NCBI GenBank assembly: GCA_016650015.1
Contig: JAENWV010000002.1
Span: 1-39,760 of the forward strand
DNA: 39,760 nucleotides
Source: Thermoleophilia bacterium
GTDB lineage: Bacteria; Actinomycetota; Thermoleophilia; BMS3ABIN01
Reading direction: 5' to 3'
The position numbers and the translations under genes were made by a program. Below are positions 8,878 through 17,373 of the stretch, piece after piece. Within the stretch, counting starts at the first letter, position 1; the number at the start of each line of letters is the position of its first letter. The notes below the pieces were generated by a model that ran no database searches, was not told where the DNA came from, and saw nothing but the letters and a program-made list of their open reading frames with translations.

Positions 8878-10872
8878 GTGGGATCCAAAGTTAAAAAAGA
8901 CAAAATCAAGGCATCAGCGCCGGCCAAAGCCAGGGCTGCCGGTAAATCTGGCGCGAAAAGTGTAGCCAGATCGAAAGCGGCTTCTGAAAAAGGCAGAACC
9001 AAGGTGGCCGCGAAGCAAAAAACCAAGGCGAAGCCAAAAGCTGTTGCGAAATTGAAAGCAGTTGCGAAGAATAAGGCTGTCGCGAAGCCTAAAACCGCCA
9101 CCAGGTCCGCGGCCAAGGCTAGTCCCAAAGCTGCCGCGAAGGCAAAAAAGCCAGCGGTTAAAAAAGCCCCAGCAAAGGCAAAGCCCTCGATCAAAGCGCC
9201 GGTCGGGAAAAAAATAACCGCCAAAGCCAAGTCGCCGGCCAAGGCCGCAAAGAGTGTTGCCAAAGCCAAGTCGCCGGCCAAGGCCGCAAAAGGGGCGGTA
9301 AAGGGAAAGGCTTCGGTGAAAACGCTGGTTGCAGCCAAACCTAAGGCGCCAGCCAGGCCGGCAAAAGCACCGAAGGCGAAAGCAACTGCTAAACCGAAAG
9401 CCCAAGCCAGACCGACGACGAAGACCCCGGTAAAGTCCTCGGTGAAGACGCTGGCGAAGGCTCCGGTGAAGACGCTGGCGAAGAAGGCTGTGGTAAAAGC
9501 TGCGGCGAAGGCTCCAGTGAAGACCAAAGAAAAAGCAGCGCCGGCCAAACCGCTGTCGTCGAAACCAAAACCTGCTCCCAAAGCTCCGCCGGTACCACAT
9601 TTCGAAATCCAGAAATATTTGGAGGATCTCGGTCGGCTGGGGATGAAGTTGGGGCTGGCACGTATCACCAAGCTGCTGGTGGCGCTGGGTAATCCCCAGA
9701 AAAAGATCAAGACCATCCATGTAGTGGGCACTAACGGCAAATCTTCCACGGCCCGCATGCTTTCGGCGATACTGGCTTCCCAGGGGCTCAAGGCGGGAGC
9801 ATACCTTTCACCGCACCTGGTCTCCTTCACGGAACGATTTCAAATAAACAGCAAGGATATTCCCGAGCCGCGTTTTGACAAACTGATTTTCGATGTTCGA
9901 AAAAAGGCGGAAGAGGTCAACAAACGTTCGCGCAGCAGCGGTCCGCTCACTCAGTTTGAGATCCTGACCGCCGCCGCGTTTCTCTACTTTCGGCAGCAGA
10001 AGGTGGATGTCGCCGTGATCGAAGCGGGCCTCGGTGGCCGTTACGACGCCACCAACGTCATTGATTCCAAGGTCCAGGTGCTGACCAACGTGGAGCTGGA
10101 GCATACCGATCTGCTGGGCAAGACCATTCCCTCCATTCTCAAGGAAAAAGTAGCGGTCATCCCCGAGAAGGGCAATGTCGTGCTGGGCTCCATGTCTGAG
10201 GAGGCGCTGCGGGAAGCGCTGAAGATCTGCAAGGCAAAGAAGGCGAAAGTCCGCATCTACGGTGATGACTTCACGCTGCTCAGGGGCGGTGGCGACAAGT
10301 TCGACGTCCTCACCGAAAAAAACACCTATGAAGATCTGCAGCTAACACTTTTTGGGCAGTACCAGCGAACCAACTGCACCGTGGCCATTCAGGCGGCGGA
10401 GCTTTTTCTGCGCAAGGAGCTGGACGAAAAGAAACTGAAGCGGGGGCTGCCGCGCATCACCATTCCAGCCCGGCTGGAGATCATCTCCGAAAAGCCGCTG
10501 GTCATACTGGACGGAGCGCATAACCCCAGCGGCATCGCTGAGCTGATCGACTCGCTGCAAGTGCTGGTGGACGGAAAGCGTATCATCGGCGTCGTCTCGA
10601 TTCTCAAGGACAAGGACGCGGCGGCGATGCTCGGGCGGCTTCTCGAATTTTGTGATATCTTATTCGTCACTGAGAACTCCAATCCACGCTGCAGATCCGC
10701 GCAGGAGCTGTCAAAACTCCCCGTCGTGGAGGAGAGTCATGTCCAGACCTTCGTCGCCCGCGAAAACCAGTCGGCTCTGGAAAGCGCCTTCAAGCTGGCT
10801 TCGACGCGAGACGTTATCCTGGTAACCGGTTCGCTCTACCTGCTCGCGGATATCAAAAAGCGGATGGCGTGA
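8878..10872 (+). CDS. folC: Folylpolyglutamate synthase/dihydrofolate synthase fused in frame to a ~240-aa Lys/Ala/Pro-rich N-terminal region
   Basis: The FolC part starts around aa 241 (HFEIQKYLEDLGRLGMKLGLARITKLLVALGNPQKKIKTIHVVGTNGKSS, the Mur-ligase P-loop) and has a Mur-ligase C-terminal part (LDGAHNPSG). A single uninterrupted frame runs from the GTG at 8878, 3 nt after the valS stop. The exact start is uncertain because in-frame GTGs exist inside the K-rich part. Confidence 0.85.
   Translation: MGSKVKKDKIKASAPAKARAAGKSGAKSVARSKAASEKGRTKVAAKQKTKAKPKAVAKLKAVAKNKAVAKPKTATRSAAKASPKAAAKAKKPAVKKAPAKAKPSIKAPVGKKITAKAKSPAKAAKSVAKAKSPAKAAKGAVKGKASVKTLVAAKPKAPARPAKAPKAKATAKPKAQARPTTKTPVKSSVKTLAKAPVKTLAKKAVVKAAAKAPVKTKEKAAPAKPLSSKPKPAPKAPPVPHFEIQKYLEDLGRLGMKLGLARITKLLVALGNPQKKIKTIHVVGTNGKSSTARMLSAILASQGLKAGAYLSPHLVSFTERFQINSKDIPEPRFDKLIFDVRKKAEEVNKRSRSSGPLTQFEILTAAAFLYFRQQKVDVAVIEAGLGGRYDATNVIDSKVQVLTNVELEHTDLLGKTIPSILKEKVAVIPEKGNVVLGSMSEEALREALKICKAKKAKVRIYGDDFTLLRGGGDKFDVLTEKNTYEDLQLTLFGQYQRTNCTVAIQAAELFLRKELDEKKLKRGLPRITIPARLEIISEKPLVILDGAHNPSGIAELIDSLQVLVDGKRIIGVVSILKDKDAAAMLGRLLEFCDILFVTENSNPRCRSAQELSKLPVVEESHVQTFVARENQSALESAFKLASTRDVILVTGSLYLLADIKKRMA
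9220..9290. repeat. Two perfect 32-nt direct repeats (period 39 nt) inside the Lys/Ala-rich folC 5' region
   Basis: GCCAAAGCCAAGTCGCCGGCCAAGGCCGCAAA occurs at 9220-9251 and again at 9259-9290, encoding AKAKSPAKAAK twice. Confidence 0.85.
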
Positions 10873-10879
10873 GCAAGAA

Positions 10880-11419
10880 ATGACGGGTGCTATGAGATTC
10901 CTGATTTTACAGGCGGACGCCGCCGAGGGCGCCGCAAGTTTTTTCGATTCGCCATGGTGGAAATTCACCACCATGATGGCCAAGGCATTGCTGGTCGCCA
11001 TGTGGCTGGCTCTGGCTTTCTGGACTTACAAGGACGCGAAGCGGCGTATCACTGACCCGCTGATGATCGGCGTGGCCGTCGCGACTTCACTGATTTTTCC
11101 CTATGTGGGTACCCTGTTTTATGTAATCCTGCGGCCGCCGGAGTATCTCGAGGACGTCCTTGAGCGGGATCTGGAAATCAGGGCTCGTGAGCAGGAGCTG
11201 GTAGGCGGCGCCAATCGCTGCCCGGCCTGCCGCACGGCTGTGCGGGACGAGTATCTCGTCTGTCCCAAATGCCGGCGGGAGCTGAAGGTCGCCTGTGCCG
11301 CCTGCGCCCGGCCCCTGGACCGATCCTGGAAGGTGTGCCCTTACTGCGCGACGGATGTTGCGAGTCCGAAAAGGTCAGCCAAGCCGGTGGTGGCGGAAGA
11401 AGACGAACTCTTCGCCTGA
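10880..11419 (+). CDS. Membrane protein with C-terminal double zinc-ribbon
   Basis: 179 aa. Two hydrophobic helices surround a YKDAKRR-type loop (resembles the PLD-nuclease N-terminal membrane module). Four CxxC pairs follow (CPAC, CPKC, CAAC, CPYC). Confidence 0.7.
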   Translation: MTGAMRFLILQADAAEGAASFFDSPWWKFTTMMAKALLVAMWLALAFWTYKDAKRRITDPLMIGVAVATSLIFPYVGTLFYVILRPPEYLEDVLERDLEIRAREQELVGGANRCPACRTAVRDEYLVCPKCRRELKVACAACARPLDRSWKVCPYCATDVASPKRSAKPVVAEEDELFA

Positions 11420-11513
11420 GCAAACAGTGGTTCCTGGTTCTCTGTTAATGGTTCCTGGAATATAAGCCGGGAGCCATTTTAAGAAAAACCGGGAACTTTT
11501 TTTGGGAGGAAAA

Positions 11514-11927
11514 TTGGAGCGTACTTTTGTGCTGGTCAAACCGGGCGCCGTTGCCCGTGGCCTGGTCGGCGAGGTTCTGGCGCGTTTCGAGCGCCGGGGT
11601 TTCCGTATCAGGGCCATGAAGTTTCTCCAGGTGGACCGGGAGCTGGCATCGGAACATTACGCCGAGCACCGCGAGAAGGATTTTTTCAGTGACCTGGTAA
11701 GCTCGATCACCTCCGGTCCCGTGGCGGCTTTTGTACTCGAGGGTCCCGAGGCTATCTCGGTCATCCGCAGGATGATGGGCGTCACCAATCCCCTGGCGGC
11801 CGATCCCGGGACAATCCGCGGTGACCATGGGCTGGACATAGAGGCAAATATCGTCCATGGCTCGGATGGCCCTGAAAGCGCCGAACGGGAGATCGCGCTT
11901 TATTTCAGCGAAAGCGAAATAGTTTAA
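11514..11927 (+). CDS. ndk: Nucleoside diphosphate kinase
   Basis: [12 protein letters not shown] start, [10 protein letters not shown], active-site NIVHGSD. The TTG at 11514 follows GGGAGGA (11504-11510). The TTG at 11502 in the ORF track is an alternative start. Confidence 0.92.
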   Translation: MERTFVLVKPGAVARGLVGEVLARFERRGFRIRAMKFLQVDRELASEHYAEHREKDFFSDLVSSITSGPVAAFVLEGPEAISVIRRMMGVTNPLAADPGTIRGDHGLDIEANIVHGSDGPESAEREIALYFSESEIV

Positions 11928-12006
11928 CCCGGGTGCCGTTGATTCCCATGCTTCACATGTACCGGCAAACCAGGAAACACCGGTAAATACGGCTTCGCTA
12001 TATCTC

Positions 12007-12651
12007 TTGATTTATCTTGCCTCCAAGTCACCCCAGCGCAAGGCTCTTCTTGAATCGCTTGGCGTGGACTTCGAGGTAGTTCTCCCCGATTATTCCGAAG
12101 AAGATTTGGCCGGGCTTTTGCCCGCCGAGCTGGTGGAACGGCACAGCCGGGGCAAGGCCTATTCGGTCCTATCCCAGGTTGAACCACTTCCCGCCGACAG
12201 GCCGATTCTTGGCGTTGATACCATGGTAGTAATACATGGACAAATATCGGGAAAAGCGAAAAATGAAGAAGAGGCCTTCGATTTGATCAGCCGCATGTCG
12301 GGCAAGACCCATATGGTCTACTCTGGCCTGACATTGCTCTGGGCCGGCGGCGGCCCGGGGGAGAGACAGGAAGAGAAGTCCCACGCCGTTACTGAAGTGC
12401 GTTTTTGCCGGATTCCCGAGAGCGAAGTCGAACTATATATTCAAAGTGGCGAATGGCGCGGTCGTGCCGGCGCCTACGCCATTCAGGGACGGGCCTCGGC
12501 GTTCGTTGAAGAGATCCGCGGCGACTACACCAACATAGTGGGGTTGCCGGTGCCGTTGCTGGCAGGCATGCTGCGGCAGAAAGGCTACTGGCCTCCCCCC
12601 GGCTGGGCAGCGCGGATTACGAGGCGCGACGGCTCTCCGATATATCCCTAG
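12007..12651 (+). CDS. maf: Maf-like nucleoside triphosphate pyrophosphatase (septum formation protein)
   Basis: (M)IYLASKSPQRKALLESLG N-terminus from a TTG start, AGAYAIQG and VGLP motifs. It lies immediately upstream of mreBCD, the classical maf-mre arrangement. Confidence 0.88.
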   Translation: MIYLASKSPQRKALLESLGVDFEVVLPDYSEEDLAGLLPAELVERHSRGKAYSVLSQVEPLPADRPILGVDTMVVIHGQISGKAKNEEEAFDLISRMSGKTHMVYSGLTLLWAGGGPGERQEEKSHAVTEVRFCRIPESEVELYIQSGEWRGRAGAYAIQGRASAFVEEIRGDYTNIVGLPVPLLAGMLRQKGYWPPPGWAARITRRDGSPIYP

Positions 12652-12761
12652 AAAAAAACATTAGCCAAACGCGGGACCACGTTCACTTACCCGTAAAACC
12701 TCAAGGGAACCTTCAGTAATGGAGATAACACTAAACCCATACTTGAAGGTTTGGGTCCAGA

Positions 12762-12794
12762 TTGTTTTGCCCTCCGCCCCGATTGTTATATAAT
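12762..12794 (+). promoter_or_regulatory. Candidate sigma-70-type promoter for the mreB operon
   Basis: TTGCCC (12767-12772), a 16-nt spacer, then TATAAT (12789-12794). Alternatively TGtTATATA is an extended -10. It sits in the 303-nt maf-mreB gap. Confidence 0.4.
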
Positions 12795-12796
12795 GT

Positions 12797-12816
12797 CAGG
12801 CTCCCATGGGAGCCTG
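12797..12816. promoter_or_regulatory. Perfect 20-bp palindrome CAGGCTCCCATGGGAGCCTG immediately downstream of the candidate -10
   Basis: Read directly: 8-bp arms CAGGCTCC/GGAGCCTG around CATG. It could be an operator or a 5'-terminal RNA stem-loop. Confidence 0.6.
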
Positions 12817-12954
12817 GTTATTGCTGCAAATCAAGGGTATCAGGGGGTGCCTGCATATAGCGCCGCGCCGGCTTTCGGCGTTCCGGCGTTAGGGAATGAT
12901 GCCCCCTCTTTGTTACCATAGGAGACTGACGCGGCCCGGCTGGACCGGGCGCGG

Positions 12955-14025
12955 ATGTATTTCCGAAAGGAGTTCCTCATAAGTTTCCTGAAGTATTTTT
13001 CCGGTTTTGGTGGACGCGACATGGCGGTCGACCTGGGCACCGCCAATACCCTTGTATATGTACGGGGCCGCGGTATTGTCCTCAGTGAGCCTTCGGTTGT
13101 CGCCATCGACCAGCGGACCGGCGAGGTCCACGCGGTCGGCGCCGAGGCCAAGCGCATGCTGGGCCGGACGCCCGGCACCATCAGCGCCATCCGTCCGCTC
13201 AAGGACGGCGTCATCGCCGATTTCGACGTGACCGAGCAGATGCTCCGCCACTTCATCCAGAAAGTCCACCAGAACCGCTGGGCCCATCCGCGCGTAGTCG
13301 TCTGCGTGCCCTCGGGCGTCACCGGCGTGGAGAAGCGCGCCGTCGAGGAGGCAACGCTTTCGGCGGGCGCGCGTTTATGCTACCTGATCGAGGAGCCCAT
13401 GGCCGCGGCCATCGGCGCCGGGTTGCCCGTCAGCGAACCGACCGGCAACATGATCGTCGACATCGGTGGCGGCACCAGCGAGGTCGCCGTGATCTCCCTG
13501 GGCGGCATTGTTACCTCCCAGTCGATCCGTGTCGGCGGCGACGAAATGGACGAGGCGATCATGGCCTACGTCAAGAAAGAGTACAAGCTGATGATCGGAA
13601 GCCAAACGGCGGAGGAGCTCAAGCTGGAGATCGGCTCGGCTTTTCCCCTGAAGGAAGAAGAACAGGCCGAGATCCGGGGTCGCGACCTCGTCACCGGCCT
13701 GCCCAAGACAATTGTTCTGACTTCGGAAGAGATTCGGGATGCTCTGGCCGAGCCGGTCGCGGCGATCATCGACGCACTCAGGACCACGCTCGACAAGACG
13801 CCACCGGAACTCGCCAGTGACATTATGGACCGGGGCGTCATGCTGGCCGGCGGCGGCGCGCTGCTGCAGGGCCTGCCCGAGCGGCTGCGGGAGGAGACCG
13901 GAATGCCGATCCACCTGGCCGAGTCACCGCTCACCTGCGTGGCGGTCGGTTCCGGGCGCTCACTGGAGGAGTTCGAGGCGCTGCACAAAACCTCCCGCCA
14001 TGCGAAGTCGAAGAGACGATTCTAA
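12955..14025 (+). CDS. mreB: Rod shape-determining actin homologue MreB (start ambiguous)
   Basis: [25 protein letters not shown], actin-fold phosphate motifs ([18 protein letters not shown]). The upstream in-frame FSGFGGRD matches the usual MreB N-terminal pattern, so the start lies upstream of the ATG at 13021. The ATG at 12955 is the first canonical candidate. Confidence 0.93.
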   Translation: MYFRKEFLISFLKYFSGFGGRDMAVDLGTANTLVYVRGRGIVLSEPSVVAIDQRTGEVHAVGAEAKRMLGRTPGTISAIRPLKDGVIADFDVTEQMLRHFIQKVHQNRWAHPRVVVCVPSGVTGVEKRAVEEATLSAGARLCYLIEEPMAAAIGAGLPVSEPTGNMIVDIGGGTSEVAVISLGGIVTSQSIRVGGDEMDEAIMAYVKKEYKLMIGSQTAEELKLEIGSAFPLKEEEQAEIRGRDLVTGLPKTIVLTSEEIRDALAEPVAAIIDALRTTLDKTPPELASDIMDRGVMLAGGGALLQGLPERLREETGMPIHLAESPLTCVAVGSGRSLEEFEALHKTSRHAKSKRRF

Positions 14026-14047
14026 GCTCGAACTGTAAGGTCCCACC

Positions 14048-14920
14048 TTGGCCCGCAAGACTGTAGTCAAACGTCAAGCGGTGCTGGCAGTTCTGCTGCT
14101 GGTATCCATGGCAATGCTTACCTGGTACTTCCGTGAACCCACGGGCGGTGTGCTGCATTCCACCCAGCGCGGCGGTCTCCGGGTCATCTCGCCGGTCGAG
14201 TCCGGTATCTCCACGGCTCTCGACCCTTTCCGTAACACCTATCACTGGGTCACCGGACTGGTCTCGGCACAGAGCGAGAACGAACGGCTGCAGGAAGAGT
14301 CGGATCGCCTGCGCACCGAGGTTGTCTCCCTGCGCGAGCAGGCCGAAGAGAACAAGCGGTTGCGGGAAATGCTCGGGTTTGTCAACCAGCCCAGCTTTCC
14401 CCAGGATTACAAATTCGTGACCTCCCGGGTCATCGGCCGCTCGGCATCCGCCTGGAACACTACCATCACCATCAATCGGGGCACCGACGCCGGTGTTCAG
14501 CTGGGCCAGACCGTGGTCAGCGGCCAGGGGCTGGTGGGGCAGATTTCCGCGGTCACCACAAACTCGGCGCAGGTGCTGCTGATCATCGACCAGAACAGCC
14601 ATGTCGAGGGCAAGCTGCAAAGCGGCACAGCCACCGGCACCGTGCTGGGCAGCATCAACGGTCTCCTGGAAATGGACTTCGTCGACAAGAACCAGAAGGT
14701 GCAGAAGAACGACATCGTAGTGACATCCGGCATGGGCAAACTTTTCGTCAAGGGCATCCAGATCGGTGTGGTCGATGAGACCGCCGACCAGGAGATCGAG
14801 TACTTCAAGAGTGTTTCCATAACGCCATTCGTGGATTTCGGCCGCCTGGAGGAAGTCAGCGTGCTGATCCCGCCGCCAGGCGCCGACCAGCCGCCGCTGG
14901 TGAACGAGAAGGAGCGCTAG
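14048..14920 (+). CDS. mreC: Rod shape-determining protein MreC
   Basis: N-terminal TM helix, coiled coil (ENERLQEESDRLRTEVVSLREQAEENKRLREML), then a beta-rich domain (GQGLVGQI...VVTSGMG). Positioned between mreB and mreD. Confidence 0.87.
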   Translation: MARKTVVKRQAVLAVLLLVSMAMLTWYFREPTGGVLHSTQRGGLRVISPVESGISTALDPFRNTYHWVTGLVSAQSENERLQEESDRLRTEVVSLREQAEENKRLREMLGFVNQPSFPQDYKFVTSRVIGRSASAWNTTITINRGTDAGVQLGQTVVSGQGLVGQISAVTTNSAQVLLIIDQNSHVEGKLQSGTATGTVLGSINGLLEMDFVDKNQKVQKNDIVVTSGMGKLFVKGIQIGVVDETADQEIEYFKSVSITPFVDFGRLEEVSVLIPPPGADQPPLVNEKER

Positions 14921-14921
14921 C

Positions 14922-15512
14922 ATGCTCCCGCGGTCCTCAAAAAAAAGTTTGAAAGTCCTTTCCCACAACAGCGAAGCAGCCGCTTCCGTCTCGCAGGAAA
15001 GCAGCCTCTTCCCGTTGAAGGTCTTCCTGCTGATTGTCTTTTCGGTGGTCATCCAGACCTCCCTCGCGCCCTATCTCACGGTGCTGGGCGCGAAGCCCGA
15101 TGTGGCCATGGTGATGGTCATCTGTCTGGCGATGATGCGCGGACCGGTCTGGGGCGCCACGGTAGGCTTTGTCACCGGACTGCTTATCGACATCGCTCTC
15201 TTTCAGACCATGGGCATCTCTTCATTCCTGTTCACCCTCGCCGGTTATTTCAGCGGGCGTTACGCCGAGGGCGTCGATCCGGCCTCCTGGTTCCCTCCGG
15301 TTTTCACCGTGTTTGCCTGCACGATCGTCGTCCAGGTTCTCAACGCCATGACCATGTTCCTGCTCGGCGTCGAGGCCTCGTTGGGCTTCATCCTTCTCAG
15401 GATTGTCCTGCCGACTGCCATACTGAACGGGCTGCTGGCCGCGCCTGTCTTCGTGGTCAGCCGATCATGGCTGGGTGGTGAGAAGCGACATGGTCTCTTT
15501 TCTGAACAGTAA
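14922..15512 (+). CDS. mreD: Rod shape-determining protein MreD (start may be further downstream, e.g. TTG 15015)
   Basis: Polytopic hydrophobic protein. Its ATG lies 1 nt after the mreC stop and its position in the operon fits. The N-terminal 30 aa are hydrophilic and may not be translated. Confidence 0.7.
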   Translation: MLPRSSKKSLKVLSHNSEAAASVSQESSLFPLKVFLLIVFSVVIQTSLAPYLTVLGAKPDVAMVMVICLAMMRGPVWGATVGFVTGLLIDIALFQTMGISSFLFTLAGYFSGRYAEGVDPASWFPPVFTVFACTIVVQVLNAMTMFLLGVEASLGFILLRIVLPTAILNGLLAAPVFVVSRSWLGGEKRHGLFSEQ

Positions 15513-17367
15513 ACCCCGCAGGAAAAACGACCGGCAGCCGCCTTCCATCGCCCTCAGGGTGGGGATCATCGGCGGTATGGCCGTGCTGCTGTTCGCCGTC
15601 TTGATCTTCCGTATCTGGTTCCTGCAGATACTTTCCGGCGACCAGTACGTAGTCATGGCCGAGGACAACCGGACCCGCTTCATTCTCGAGGAAGCCCCCC
15701 GGGGAATCATCTACGACCGCAACAAGGTGCCACTGGTGGAGAACCGCGCCGGCCTGGCCGTGACCGTCTTTCCGCCGGCGTTAAAGAACCCGGAGCAGGA
15801 GCTGGCCGAACTGAGCCAGATCATCGGCGTCCCCGTCGAGGAGATCAACCGGCTGCTGGAACTGCACAAGGAGGACACCTACCGTTCGGTGGTGATCAAG
15901 AAGGACATCACGCCGGAGATGAAGAGTTTCCTCATCGAGCGCATACCGCTGTATTTCCCCGGCGTCGACATCAAGAAATTCCCGCTGCGCGACTACCCTA
16001 ACGGCACCGAGGCGGCGCACGTGCTCGGGCACGTGGGCCAGATCGACGAGCAGGAGCTGGCCGAACCGCGTTATGAAGGCTACAAGGCGGGAGACGAGAT
16101 CGGCAAGGGCGGCGTTGAGTTCCAGTTTGACAAGTACCTGAAGGGTATCGACGGCGGACGCGAGGTCGAGGTGGACGCGGAGGGGCGGCCCAAGAGCGAT
16201 GTCAGCTCGATCAAGCCTCAGTCTGGCAACAACGTCGTGTTGACCATCGACTCGAACACACAGAAGGCGACCGAGGAAGCCCTGGGCTGGGGCATCGACC
16301 TTGCTCATCAGAAAAAATATCCGGCCAACGCCGCTGCCGCCGTGGTAATGAATCCCCAGACCGGGGAGGTGCTGGCCATGGCGAGCGTCCCCACCTACGA
16401 CCCCAAGGTCTGGGTCGGCGGGATGAACGCTGCCGCTTACCAGCAGCTGACACAGGAGGGCGCCAACGACCCGCTGCTCAACCGGGCGATCACCGGCCAA
16501 TACCCGCCGGGCTCGACCTTCAAGGTCGTGACGGCCATCGCCGGCCTGCAGGACGGCATCATCAGCCAGCTGACTGACTTTATCTGCACCGGCGTCTGGG
16601 ACGTGCTGTCGCAGCCGTTCAAGTGCTGGGGTACGCACGGGGACGTCGACCTGAAGAAAGCCATCGTCATGTCCTGCGACACCTATTTTTATAATGTGGG
16701 ATATCGCTTCTACAAGGCTAACAGCCTGGGAATGCAGAACTGGGCCCGGCAACTGGGCCTGGGGAAGGAGACCGGTATAGACCTGCCGGGAGAGGCGGTC
16801 GGCCGCATTCCCGACCCGGAATGGAAGGCGCGGGTGGGGGAGACCGAGGTCGACAAGATGTGGATGCCGGGCAACAACATCAATTTTTCCATCGGTCAGG
16901 GCGACATCCTGACGACGCCGCTGCAGATGGCGTCGGTCTATTCGACGATCGCCAACGGCGGCAGGCAGGTCAAGCCTCACGTCGGCCTGCGGGTCGAGGA
17001 CCAGGTCACGGGCAAGGCCTCCGCCAGCCTGCAGCCTGAGGATGCCATGCAGCTGCCGATCAGCAGCGACAATCTGCGGGCGATACAGGAGGGGCTGGCC
17101 GGTGCTACCGCTCCAGGTACGACGGTTGGTGACACCTGGGTTGGCTTTAACACCCCTGTCTCCGGCAAGACGGGTACGGCCCAGGTTTCGGGTAAGGCCG
17201 ACTATGCATGGTATGTGGCCTACGCGCCGTCCACAAATCCCCAATATGTTGTCGTGGTCCTGATCGAGCAGGGCGGCGGCGGCGGTTCCGTGGCCGCGCC
17301 AACCGCCCGCCGGGTGCTCGAGGCTATCTTCCCGCAGCCGCCGGCGACGCCGGGAACGGGCGGGTAA
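15490..17367 (+). CDS. mrdA: Penicillin-binding protein 2 (elongasome transpeptidase)
   Basis: N-terminal TM anchor, SxxK (PGSTFKV) and KTG (SGKTGTAQ). The ATG at 15490 overlaps the mreD end by 23 nt. The GTG at 15475 is an alternative start. Confidence 0.9.
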   Translation: MVSFLNSKPRRKNDRQPPSIALRVGIIGGMAVLLFAVLIFRIWFLQILSGDQYVVMAEDNRTRFILEEAPRGIIYDRNKVPLVENRAGLAVTVFPPALKNPEQELAELSQIIGVPVEEINRLLELHKEDTYRSVVIKKDITPEMKSFLIERIPLYFPGVDIKKFPLRDYPNGTEAAHVLGHVGQIDEQELAEPRYEGYKAGDEIGKGGVEFQFDKYLKGIDGGREVEVDAEGRPKSDVSSIKPQSGNNVVLTIDSNTQKATEEALGWGIDLAHQKKYPANAAAAVVMNPQTGEVLAMASVPTYDPKVWVGGMNAAAYQQLTQEGANDPLLNRAITGQYPPGSTFKVVTAIAGLQDGIISQLTDFICTGVWDVLSQPFKCWGTHGDVDLKKAIVMSCDTYFYNVGYRFYKANSLGMQNWARQLGLGKETGIDLPGEAVGRIPDPEWKARVGETEVDKMWMPGNNINFSIGQGDILTTPLQMASVYSTIANGGRQVKPHVGLRVEDQVTGKASASLQPEDAMQLPISSDNLRAIQEGLAGATAPGTTVGDTWVGFNTPVSGKTGTAQVSGKADYAWYVAYAPSTNPQYVVVVLIEQGGGGGSVAAPTARRVLEAIFPQPPATPGTGG

Positions 17368-17373
17368 TCGCCG

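Noticed and set aside
8853-9830. 325-aa minus-strand ORF with extremely hydrophobic Ala/Phe/Gly/Leu repeats, looking like a polytopic membrane protein.
   Set aside because: It is the exact antisense reading of the Lys/Ala-rich folC 5' region (AAG/GCC read as CTT/GGC), so its hydrophobicity is a compositional mirror image. It overlaps the valS stop and has no independent support.
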